A DNA stretch of 64,000 bases from Verrucomicrobiota bacterium (GTDB taxonomy: Bacteria; Verrucomicrobiota; Verrucomicrobiia; Limisphaerales; Palsa-1400): the NCBI GenBank assembly GCA_049510745.1, contig JBEKYR010000007.1:126308-190307 (forward strand). The letters are read 5' to 3'. This document shows positions 43,697-52,093 of this stretch, piece by piece. The position numbers were made by a program, and so were the translations under genes. Under the pieces are notes generated by a model that had not been told where the DNA came from, made no database searches, and was given only the letters and a program-made list of their open reading frames with translations. The first letter of the stretch is position 1; every line of letters starts with the position of its first letter.

Positions 43697-45066
43697 CGTT
43701 TTGGCGTGTCATGAGAGTTGTCTGCTGGCTAAGCCTTGCAATCCAGGCCTCAATCGCCGCCACCACTGAACGCTTGTTCCAGCAGTCTGAAAGTAATTTA
43801 ACCAATCCCGAGCGCGGTTTTTATTCGCCGCAGACGACGGCACGGATGAGAGGACTGGCACAGTTGCGGGAGCAAGGCGTCAGTCTCGTTCTCGTGGAAA
43901 TGGACTTGCGCGCATTCAAAGAGCGCGAACTAACGCGGGAAAAGCTGGATGAATTGCGCGCCGCGTTTGCGGCGGCGCGGCAAGCCGGGTTGAAAGTCAT
44001 CTTTCGCGCCGCTTACGGATTCACCGACCGCGATTACCGGGCTGACCCGAGGGACCTTCATCGCATTCTCGGCCATATTGGCCAAATTGGCATAGTATTG
44101 ACTGAAAACGCGGATACGCTGTTTGCGGTCCAGGCGGGGTTTCTCGGTCCCTGGGGCGAATGGCACGGATCCAATTGGGGCGACCCTCCCAGTCTCGACG
44201 TCCGACGCGCCATGCTCTTCGGGCTTTTGGATTCTGTTCCGGCGCCGATCCCGATTCAGGTTCGGCGACCGATGTTCATCCGCGACATTTTTGCGACCGA
44301 GCCGGGAGGCCTCGACTCCACAGACGCGGCGGCCTTTGGCGGTTCCAGACTGTCCCGCGTCGGCTGGCACGACGACGCATTTCTGGCACTGCCCGACGAC
44401 ATGGGCACGTATGTCGAGCCGGCTTGGGATCGCGAACGGGAATTGCGCTGGTGCGATCAGCACGACCGTTACGTCCCTTTCGGCGGCGAAACGGTCGGTC
44501 CTTCCGGACCAACGCCTATCGAACAAGTCGTGCGCGAAATGGAATTGCTCCACCTCTCTTACTTGAACATTGCGTACCATCCGAAAACTCTGCAACGCTG
44601 GCGTGAATCGCAATTCCGCGGGCAAGACGCCTTCGGATACATCGAACGCCGCATCGGCTATCGCTTGGTCGCTCAGAAACTTCGTTATTCGACCGAGGCG
44701 CGCGCTGGCGGCCAGTTGTCTTTCGAACTCACGCTGACAAACGCAGGCTTTGCCTCGCCACAACTGCCGCGCGTTTTCACCGTCGGATTAATTCACGGCG
44801 CCCGGATAGAGCGTCTGGCGCTGCACAATGTCGATCCGCGCCAATGGGGACCGTGGTCGGGGAATATTATTGTGCGCGGCGAGATGCCAATCCCAAACAA
44901 TTTCATTGACAATGGAATGGCCGAGCTTGCCATTCAACTGGCCGATCCCTCGCCGCGATTGAGGAATGACGGACGCTACGCCATTCGTCTTGCGAACGAC
45001 GGCGTGCCGTTTCTGGAAAAGGAAGGCTGGAATATTTTGGCTGGGGACATCGCCATCCATCGCTGA
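43672..45066 (+). CDS. Secreted DUF4874+DUF4832 putative glycoside hydrolase
   Basis: NPERGFY, IFRAAY, QAGFLGPWGEWH, GWHDDAFLA, FGGET, IGYRL, NAGFA. Confidence 0.85.
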   Translation: MKRVIIGMTFWRVMRVVCWLSLAIQASIAATTERLFQQSESNLTNPERGFYSPQTTARMRGLAQLREQGVSLVLVEMDLRAFKERELTREKLDELRAAFAAARQAGLKVIFRAAYGFTDRDYRADPRDLHRILGHIGQIGIVLTENADTLFAVQAGFLGPWGEWHGSNWGDPPSLDVRRAMLFGLLDSVPAPIPIQVRRPMFIRDIFATEPGGLDSTDAAAFGGSRLSRVGWHDDAFLALPDDMGTYVEPAWDRERELRWCDQHDRYVPFGGETVGPSGPTPIEQVVREMELLHLSYLNIAYHPKTLQRWRESQFRGQDAFGYIERRIGYRLVAQKLRYSTEARAGGQLSFELTLTNAGFASPQLPRVFTVGLIHGARIERLALHNVDPRQWGPWSGNIIVRGEMPIPNNFIDNGMAELAIQLADPSPRLRNDGRYAIRLANDGVPFLEKEGWNILAGDIAIHR

Positions 45067-45180
45067 AGAGGCGGCGCTGAGCACGGGCGAAAATGCGCGC
45101 CATCGTCGTTGACCATCAACGGAGCGGGTGAAGGAGCCGCCCGGCGGGTTCAATTTGCGGTTGAAGTTTAGTCATTTTAA

Positions 45181-47205
45181 ATGAAAAGAATAATTATAGG
45201 AATGATATTTGTGGCGCACCTCTTGTCCGTTCACGCGGATGAAAACCAGGGCCGGTTGGAAAATAGCGCCCTCGCCTGGCAGTGGAATTTATCATCGGGC
45301 AAATTGGCGTCCACTCTAAATGACAAAGCCGATGGAACCTTGCTCAACATCAACAGCGAATGTTTTCAATTGGTGTTGGGGGACGGGAGAACAATTAAAG
45401 CCTCCGACTTCAAGCCGGTCAGAGCGCCGCGCACGGAAGAGTTGCCGGCAGAACCGGAGTCACTTGCTGTGGCGCGCCATTTTGCAGGCAGGCAAATGGT
45501 CTTGGAAATTTCAGATGCCCGGGATCATCTGGTTGCAAGCTGGAAGGCGAGTCTGCGCGAAGGATCAACCTACCTGCAGCAGGAACTGACACTGCGGGCG
45601 AGTGGAGGAGAGGTTTGGATCAAGGAGATTGTCTTGTTTGACCAGCGGGTGCCGGGGGCAAAAACAGTGGGGTTTGTCGATGGATCGCCGCTGGTGGCGG
45701 ACACATTTTTTTGCGGTTATGAGCATCCCATGGCGCAGAACATTGTTGCAGGGGATCATTTTGTGCGATGCTGTTTGGCGCGTAACGCGACGCTCAAGGA
45801 CGGAGAGACGCTCGTTCAGAGTTTCGTGCTGGGAGTGCTGCCCCACCACCAGGCGCGGCGCGGTTTCCTCGCTTACCTCGAGCGGGAACGCGCCCGTCCC
45901 TACCGGCCGTTTCTCCATTACAATTCCTGGTTTGACATTGCCTGGGACAAGCGCAAGTTCAACGAGGCGGAGAGTCTCAACGCCATTGAACAGTTTGGCC
46001 GCCAACTGGTGCAGGAGCGCGATGTGCAGATGGATTCTTTCCTTTTTGATGACGGCTGGGATGACAACAAATCACTTTGGAAGTTTCATGCCGGTTTCCC
46101 CAACGGCTTCACATCCTTGAAAACGGCCGCTGCCAAGTATCACGCCGGCATCGGCGTGTGGTTGTCTCCGTTCGGCGGTTATGACGAAGCGAGGAGACAA
46201 CGATTGAAGTATGCCAGTCAATTTGGTTATGAAACCAACTCCAGTGGTCTTTCACTGGCTGGCCCAAAATACTATCAACTCTTTCATAACATCTGCCTGC
46301 AAATGATTCAAAAGTATGGTGTCAACCAATTTAAATTTGACGGCCTGGCCGCCGGGGTCAAGGCAAACCAGGACGGTTTGACGCGCGATGGCGATGCCAT
46401 GCTGCGGCTGGTGGCGGATTTGCGCGCCACGGATCCCGACATTTATATCAACCAAACCACCGGCACCTGGCCTTCTCCGTTCTGGCTGCTTTATGTGGAT
46501 TCAACCTGGCGGGGCGGGGACGATCATGACTTTCAAGGCAAAGGATCCTGGTGCCAGCAGTGGATGACTTATCGTGACGCGCAAACCTATGACCACGTGG
46601 TAAAAGCAGCGCCACTATATCCGCTCAATGCCCTCATGTTGCACGGCATCATTTACGCGACGAACGCGCTTCATCTTGCCGCCATGACCGGAAAGGAATT
46701 TGCCGACCAAGTCCGCGCATTTTTTGGCAGCGGCACGCAATTGCAGGAATTATACATCACGCCCAGCCTGTTGAACCAGCAAAACTGGAACGATCTTGCC
46801 GAAGCCGCCACATGGTCGCGTCGGAACGCGGATGTGCTCGTGGACACGCATTGGATTGGCGGCGATCCCGGCAAAGGCGATGTTTACGGCTGGGCTTCAT
46901 GGGCGCCGCACAAGGGCATTTTGGTGTTGCGCAATCCCAGCGACAAACCCGCCGCGTTTGCGGCGGACCTCGAAACATTGTTCGATTTCCCGCCAGGTTC
47001 ACCCGAAGTTTTCCAGCTCAAAAGCCCGTGGAAGGACGGTGGGGAATTGGCGCCATTGGAAATATCCGCCCACCAGCCGCACACATTCAATCTTCGTCCG
47101 TTTGAAGTGATCGTCCGTGAGGCGAAACCCATTTCCGGCAGCGGCCAGTCGGCGACGGGCCTGCCGGGAGCTTCAGGCTCGCTGAAAACTTCCGCTCTCC
47201 AGTGA
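45181..47205 (+). CDS. Secreted clan GH-D-like (GH36/GH27-related) alpha-galactosidase or alpha-galactosaminidase candidate
   Basis: PFLHYNSWFD, FLFDDGWD, GVWLSPFGGY, FKFDG (nucleophile-type), DSTWRGGDD. Confidence 0.75.
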   Translation: MKRIIIGMIFVAHLLSVHADENQGRLENSALAWQWNLSSGKLASTLNDKADGTLLNINSECFQLVLGDGRTIKASDFKPVRAPRTEELPAEPESLAVARHFAGRQMVLEISDARDHLVASWKASLREGSTYLQQELTLRASGGEVWIKEIVLFDQRVPGAKTVGFVDGSPLVADTFFCGYEHPMAQNIVAGDHFVRCCLARNATLKDGETLVQSFVLGVLPHHQARRGFLAYLERERARPYRPFLHYNSWFDIAWDKRKFNEAESLNAIEQFGRQLVQERDVQMDSFLFDDGWDDNKSLWKFHAGFPNGFTSLKTAAAKYHAGIGVWLSPFGGYDEARRQRLKYASQFGYETNSSGLSLAGPKYYQLFHNICLQMIQKYGVNQFKFDGLAAGVKANQDGLTRDGDAMLRLVADLRATDPDIYINQTTGTWPSPFWLLYVDSTWRGGDDHDFQGKGSWCQQWMTYRDAQTYDHVVKAAPLYPLNALMLHGIIYATNALHLAAMTGKEFADQVRAFFGSGTQLQELYITPSLLNQQNWNDLAEAATWSRRNADVLVDTHWIGGDPGKGDVYGWASWAPHKGILVLRNPSDKPAAFAADLETLFDFPPGSPEVFQLKSPWKDGGELAPLEISAHQPHTFNLRPFEVIVREAKPISGSGQSATGLPGASGSLKTSALQ

Positions 47206-47378
47206 ACAGCCCATTGTTGCCCGCCATTCCCGCACCGCTTGATCGGCAATTTCAACCGGCGGTGTTGGTCAACCGCAACGACGCCGCTGCCGCGAGAAAG
47301 TCCGGGCGTGCTCTGCCGCTGGACGCATTACGCATCTGGGCATCGGCACGGAAGGGCACATAGAGGTTTTAGAAGACG

Positions 47379-48275
47379 ATGAAACCAACGTTGTTAGTAT
47401 TAGCCGCCGGGATGGGCAGCCGTTACGGGGGCCTTAAACAAATGGATCCCGTCGGACCGAGTGGCGAAACGATCATTGATTATTCGATTTACGACGCCTT
47501 GCGCGCCGGTTTCGGCCGACTCGTCTTTGTCATCCGCAAAGACATCGAAGAGCAGTTCAAGGAATTTGTCGGCACACGTTTTGAAAAGCACATTGCGGTG
47601 GAATATGTTTTCCAGGAACTCGACAAACTGCCGCCGGGCTTTTCCGTTCCGCCGGGCCGCGCCAAACCGTGGGGAACAGCGCACGCGGTTTTAATGGCGG
47701 CGGACGCTGTCCGCGAGCCTTTTGCCGCGATCAATGCCGACGATTTTTACGGCCCGCAATCCTACCGCCTGCTCGCGCAACACCTGCAATCCGGCAGCGC
47801 GGATCAGGCGATGGTCGGATTCACTTTACGCAACACCCTTTCGGACTTTGGCAGTGTCGCGCGCGGCATTTGCCAGCTGGATAACAGGGATTATCTTCGA
47901 ACCGTGGTTGAACTGACGAAGATCGAACGCGACGGTGCGGGCGCGAAAAACACGGATGCCGCCGGCCAAATCACCAAGCTCACCGGCGACGAGGTGGTCT
48001 CGATGAATTTCTGGGGGTTCACGCCGACAGTGTTTGTCCAGTTGAAAGCTCGGTTCGCTGAATTCCTCAAGAACAACAGCAGCCACCTCAAGTCCGAATA
48101 TTACATCCCCAGCGCAGTGAACGAATCGGTCATTGGCGGACAATGGCGCGTGAAAGTTTTGCGCACGAACGATTCGTGGTTCGGCGTGACGTATCGTGAG
48201 GACCGTCCGCGCGCGATCGAAAGCATCCGCACACGAATCGCCAGCGGTGATTATCCCGAAAAACTTTGGCCATGA
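47379..48275 (+). CDS. Sugar-1-phosphate nucleotidyltransferase
   Basis: LAAGMGSRYGGLKQ, KPWGTAHAV, INADDFYG, VSMNFWGF, WFGVTYRED. Confidence 0.9.
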   Translation: MKPTLLVLAAGMGSRYGGLKQMDPVGPSGETIIDYSIYDALRAGFGRLVFVIRKDIEEQFKEFVGTRFEKHIAVEYVFQELDKLPPGFSVPPGRAKPWGTAHAVLMAADAVREPFAAINADDFYGPQSYRLLAQHLQSGSADQAMVGFTLRNTLSDFGSVARGICQLDNRDYLRTVVELTKIERDGAGAKNTDAAGQITKLTGDEVVSMNFWGFTPTVFVQLKARFAEFLKNNSSHLKSEYYIPSAVNESVIGGQWRVKVLRTNDSWFGVTYREDRPRAIESIRTRIASGDYPEKLWP

Positions 48276-49357
48276 ACTCAAAGCATGATGTGCGCGCCGT
48301 CGCGCGCCAATTTCACATCCTTGGCGAATTTTTGACCGCCGAGCCTTACGGCAGCGGCCACATCAACGACACTTACTGTGTGGTTTTTGATCAAGGTGGC
48401 CTGCGTGTGCGCTACATTGTTCAGCGCATCAACCACGCAATCTTCAAAAATCCCGTCGCGCTCATGGAAAACATCCAGCGTGTGACAGAGCACCTCGGCC
48501 AGAAATCCGCCGGTCAATCCGATCAAAGCCGCCGCGTGCTGACCTTGATTTCGGCGTCCGACGGCAAACGCTATTATTGCGACCAGGCGGGCAATCACTG
48601 GCGCGCCTATATTTTCATCGAGAAAGCGCGGACATTCGACGCAGTCGAGTCCGCGCCACAAGCATTTCAAGCCGCAAAGGCGTTCGGACAATTTCAGAAA
48701 CTTCTCGCCGACCTGCCCGCGCCGCGACTTTACGATACAATTCCAGATTTTCATCACACGCCCAAACGGTTTGCCGCGCTGGAAAAGGCGATTGCAGCCG
48801 ACGCCTTCAACCTCGCGAAACTGGCAAAACCGGAAATTGAATTTGCCTTGAACCACAAGGCCATCACCGGCGTCCTGCTCGACGCAAAATTGCCGGAGCG
48901 CGTGACGCACAACGACACGAAATTCAACAACGTGATGATCGAGGACGCGACCGGCGAAGGAATTTGCGTGATTGATTTGGACACCGTGATGCCCGGACTG
49001 GCGCTCTACGATTTTGGCGACATGATTCGCACGGCGACCAGCCCGGCGCAGGAAGACGAGCGTGACTTGGCGAAAGTGCGCATGCAATTTCCAATGTTCG
49101 AGGCGCTGGTGCGCGGCTACCTCACAACGGCTTCCGAATTCTTAACGCGGGCAGAAAAACAATTTCTCGCTTTTTCAGGCGAACTGATCACCTTTGAAAT
49201 CGGCGTCCGCTTCCTGACGGATTTCCTTGAGGGCGACACTTATTTCAAAGTCCACCGCGAAGGACACAACCTCGACCGCTGTCGCACACAATTCAAACTG
49301 GTCGAGTCCATTGAGCAACAGGAAGCGGCCATGAACAAACTGGTGGAGACCATTTGA
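48272..49357 (+). CDS. N-acetylhexosamine 1-kinase-like phosphotransferase (APH fold)
   Basis: GSGHINDTY, QRINH, TIPDFHHTP, HNDTKFNN, VIDLDTVMPG, DFGD, RFLTDFLEGDTYFK; ATGA overlap with the upstream gene. Confidence 0.85.
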   Translation: MNSKHDVRAVARQFHILGEFLTAEPYGSGHINDTYCVVFDQGGLRVRYIVQRINHAIFKNPVALMENIQRVTEHLGQKSAGQSDQSRRVLTLISASDGKRYYCDQAGNHWRAYIFIEKARTFDAVESAPQAFQAAKAFGQFQKLLADLPAPRLYDTIPDFHHTPKRFAALEKAIAADAFNLAKLAKPEIEFALNHKAITGVLLDAKLPERVTHNDTKFNNVMIEDATGEGICVIDLDTVMPGLALYDFGDMIRTATSPAQEDERDLAKVRMQFPMFEALVRGYLTTASEFLTRAEKQFLAFSGELITFEIGVRFLTDFLEGDTYFKVHREGHNLDRCRTQFKLVESIEQQEAAMNKLVETI

Positions 49358-49358
49358 A

Positions 49359-50279
49359 ATGAAAATTTTAGTCACCGGCGGCGCCGGTTTCATCGGCAGC
49401 CATATCGTCGAACATTTTCAAGGCCGCGCTGAAGTGCGCGTATTGGACAATTTGTGTTCCGGCTTCAAGCGCAACCTCGCCTGCTTCCATCACGAGTTCA
49501 TCGAAGGCTCGATCCTCGACCGCGAACGGGTGCGCCGCGCGGTGCGGGACGTGGATTATATTTTTCATCTGGCGGCAATGATCAGCGTGCCGGAGTCCAT
49601 GCAAAAACCAATTGAATGCACGGAAATCAACACGACCGGCACGCTCGTTGTCCTGGAAGAAGCGGCGAAAGCAAAGGTGAAGAAACTTGTTTTGAGCAGT
49701 TCAGCCGCGATTTACGGCGATAATCCGATCACGCCAAAACTGGAATCGATGTTGCCGGAACCGAAAAGCCCCTACGCTGTCACGAAGCTCGACGGAGAGT
49801 TTTACTGCAAGATGTTCACCGATGAAAGTCGCATCCAGACCGTCTGCCTGCGCTACTTCAACGTGTTCGGTCCGCGTCAGGACCCGAAGAGCCAATATGC
49901 CGCCGCCGTCCCAATTTTTATTGACCGGGCGGTGAAGAACGAGGCGGTCACGATTTACGGTGACGGCGAACAGACGCGGGATTTTGTTTTCGTGAAAGAC
50001 GTTGTCGCGGCAAACATCTTTTTTGCGACACAATCCAAGGTGAGCGGCGTATTCAACGTGGCCTACGGCCAACAAATGACCATCAACCACCTGGCCAATA
50101 CGATTTGCCGCTTGACCGGCTCGCGTTCCGAAATCAAATATGCTGCCGAGCGTTTGGGCGACGTGAAACATTCCGTGGCATCCGTCCGAAAATTACGCGA
50201 TGCCGGTTTTGCCCCGCTCAGCAACTTTGAGGATGGCCTGCGGGCCACCATTGATTTTTTTGTGGGAAAGCAAGCATGA
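49359..50279 (+). CDS. UDP-HexNAc/UDP-glucose 4-epimerase (WbpP-like extended SDR)
   Basis: TGGAGFIGSH, HLAAMISVPES, SSAAIYG, YAVTK, RYFNVFGPRQDP, GDGEQTRDF. Confidence 0.88.
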   Translation: MKILVTGGAGFIGSHIVEHFQGRAEVRVLDNLCSGFKRNLACFHHEFIEGSILDRERVRRAVRDVDYIFHLAAMISVPESMQKPIECTEINTTGTLVVLEEAAKAKVKKLVLSSSAAIYGDNPITPKLESMLPEPKSPYAVTKLDGEFYCKMFTDESRIQTVCLRYFNVFGPRQDPKSQYAAAVPIFIDRAVKNEAVTIYGDGEQTRDFVFVKDVVAANIFFATQSKVSGVFNVAYGQQMTINHLANTICRLTGSRSEIKYAAERLGDVKHSVASVRKLRDAGFAPLSNFEDGLRATIDFFVGKQA

Positions 50280-51481
50280 ATGCCGTGAGCAAAGACCCGG
50301 AAAAGGCTCCGGCTTCTCAACGATTGACGTCATTGGATGCCTACCGCGGCTTGGTCATGTTGTTGATGATGGCTGAAGTGCTTCAATTTTGGAGGGTGGC
50401 GCGGGCTTGCCCTGGCAGCGGGTTCTGGCAGTTTCTTGCCCGTCAGCAAACTCACACGGAATGGATCGGTTGCACGCTCCATGATTTGATCCAGCCATCA
50501 TTTTCATTTTTGGTTGGGGTGGCGTTGCCGTTTTCACTGGCCAGTCGCGCGACGCGCGGCCAGTCTCATGGACAGATGGCCTGGCACGCCCTGTGGCGTT
50601 CACTGCTGTTGATTCTGCTGGGCGTTTTTCTGCGATCTATCGGCCGGTCCCAGACTTATTGGACTTTCGAAGATACATTGACCCAGATTGGACTGGGTTA
50701 TTTCTTTTTGTTTCTTTTGGGATTTCGATCTGTGCGCTGGCAATGGGCCGCGCTGGGATTGATTTTGGCCGGATACTGGGCTGCTTTTGCACTCTACCCG
50801 GCGCCGCCTTCAAGTTTTGACTACTCACAGGTCGCGGTGGCCAAAGATTGGCCACACCTGTTGGCTGGCTTTGAGGCCCACTGGAACAAAAACAGCAATC
50901 TGGCCTGGGCTTTCGACGCATGGTTTCTCAACCTCTTTCCCCGCGAATCGAAATTTATTTTCAACGAAGGGGGTTACGCCACCTTGAGCTTCATTCCCAC
51001 GCTTGGAACGATGGTTTTGGGTTTGATTGCCGGAGGAGTGCTTCGAAGCAACCGCAATTCATGGGATAAGGTAAAATGGCTGCTCCTCGCCGGGGGTTTG
51101 ACCCTGTTGGCGGGTGCGGCGCTGGGCTGGCTGGGAATTTGCCCCGTTGTAAAGCGCATCTGGACACCAAGCTGGGTTCTCTTTAGCGGCGGTTGGTGTT
51201 TTCTCATTCTGGCTGCATTTTATGTGCTGATTGATCTCTGGAACTACAAAAGTTGGGCATTTCCGCTGGTCATCATCGGCACGAATTCCATCGCCGCTTA
51301 CTGTATGGACCACCTCTTTGAAGATTTTCTTCAGCAAAATCTGGCAACGCATCTTGGAACGCGTTTCTTCGAACTTTTCGGCAAGGCCTATACACCGTTG
51401 TTTCAGGGCGCATTGAGCCTGCTTGTTTTGTGGCTATTGCTTTTTTGGATGTATCGGCGAAAATTGTTTTTGCGAATTTAA
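50276..51481 (+). CDS. HGSNAT/NagX (DUF5009)-like membrane acetyltransferase
   Basis: RLTSLDAYRG, HDLIQPSFSFLVG, VKRIWTPSWVL, GTNSIAAY, MYRRKLFLRI; many TM helices; ATGA overlap. Confidence 0.85.
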   Translation: MNAVSKDPEKAPASQRLTSLDAYRGLVMLLMMAEVLQFWRVARACPGSGFWQFLARQQTHTEWIGCTLHDLIQPSFSFLVGVALPFSLASRATRGQSHGQMAWHALWRSLLLILLGVFLRSIGRSQTYWTFEDTLTQIGLGYFFLFLLGFRSVRWQWAALGLILAGYWAAFALYPAPPSSFDYSQVAVAKDWPHLLAGFEAHWNKNSNLAWAFDAWFLNLFPRESKFIFNEGGYATLSFIPTLGTMVLGLIAGGVLRSNRNSWDKVKWLLLAGGLTLLAGAALGWLGICPVVKRIWTPSWVLFSGGWCFLILAAFYVLIDLWNYKSWAFPLVIIGTNSIAAYCMDHLFEDFLQQNLATHLGTRFFELFGKAYTPLFQGALSLLVLWLLLFWMYRRKLFLRI

Positions 51482-51540
51482 GCTTGTAGTAATGAATTTT
51501 GCCTCCTCAGCAGACTCTGCACACGCCGCCACGCAGAGTT

Positions 51541-51609
51541 CAGCCCGAACTGAAACTTTTTTTGACTTGCCTCCCGACCTCCAATCCCTCATCATTCCTG
51601 CTAGTTAAC
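51541..51609 (-). repeat. Right ~69-bp inverted repeat (partner at 28796-28864)
   Basis: Reverse complement GTTAACTAGCAGGAATGATGAGGGATTGGAGGTCGGGAGGCAAGTCAAAAAAAGTTTCAGTTCGGGCTG. Confidence 0.92.
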
Positions 51610-52015
51610 TGCCAGTCAATGTCCTCGGCAGTGAGCGATGCCACGTCAGACTGGGCGCCTCCGAGATGCCAGCAAAACTCATAAAACGCCCGGCGTTCTG
51701 GATTCATTTCGCTTGCAATAATGGCTTGGTGTTCTTTCCAAGTGATCACTCGCTTTTCCTTGAAGAAGATTTCCGGCCATTGGCGTTTGTGGACTATCGG
51801 CCGGGGCAGCCAACCCATTCCAATGGCAAAATTATGGAGCTTCCGCAAATGGACATTTGTTGAAACCGTGCCTGCTTTCAGTGCCGCAAAAAGATGTTCG
51901 GCTTGAGTTTCGGCAATGATTCTGTCAAGCAGGGGAAGCAAAGCTTTGTCCTTTGCCGCCCGAAGCCAACGTTCCTTTGTCGCCCCCTGTTTGGTCTCGA
52001 TCAAGTTGTCGAGAG
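51610..52015 (-). pseudogene. Internal fragment of a tyrosine recombinase, paralogous to the tRNA-adjacent integrase
   Basis: GTVSTNVHLRKLHN, ITWKEHQAIIASEMNPERRAFYE, GGAQSDVASLTAEDIDW align with 62660..63563; stops at the inverted repeat; N-terminus also missing. Confidence 0.88.
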
Positions 52016-52093
52016 CAATTTTGGTGAATTGAAAAAAGTGGACGACGACACCGTCAGCCTGCACAAGGTTTCGCAACATGTTGGGTGACGACA

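Noticed and set aside
47292..47307. GAGAAAGTCCGGGC resembling the RNase P RNA signature (similar GGGAAAGTCC at ~32301)
   Set aside because: The intergenic gap is only ~170 nt and no matching 3' P4 strand was seen; the second case lies in a probable IS remnant
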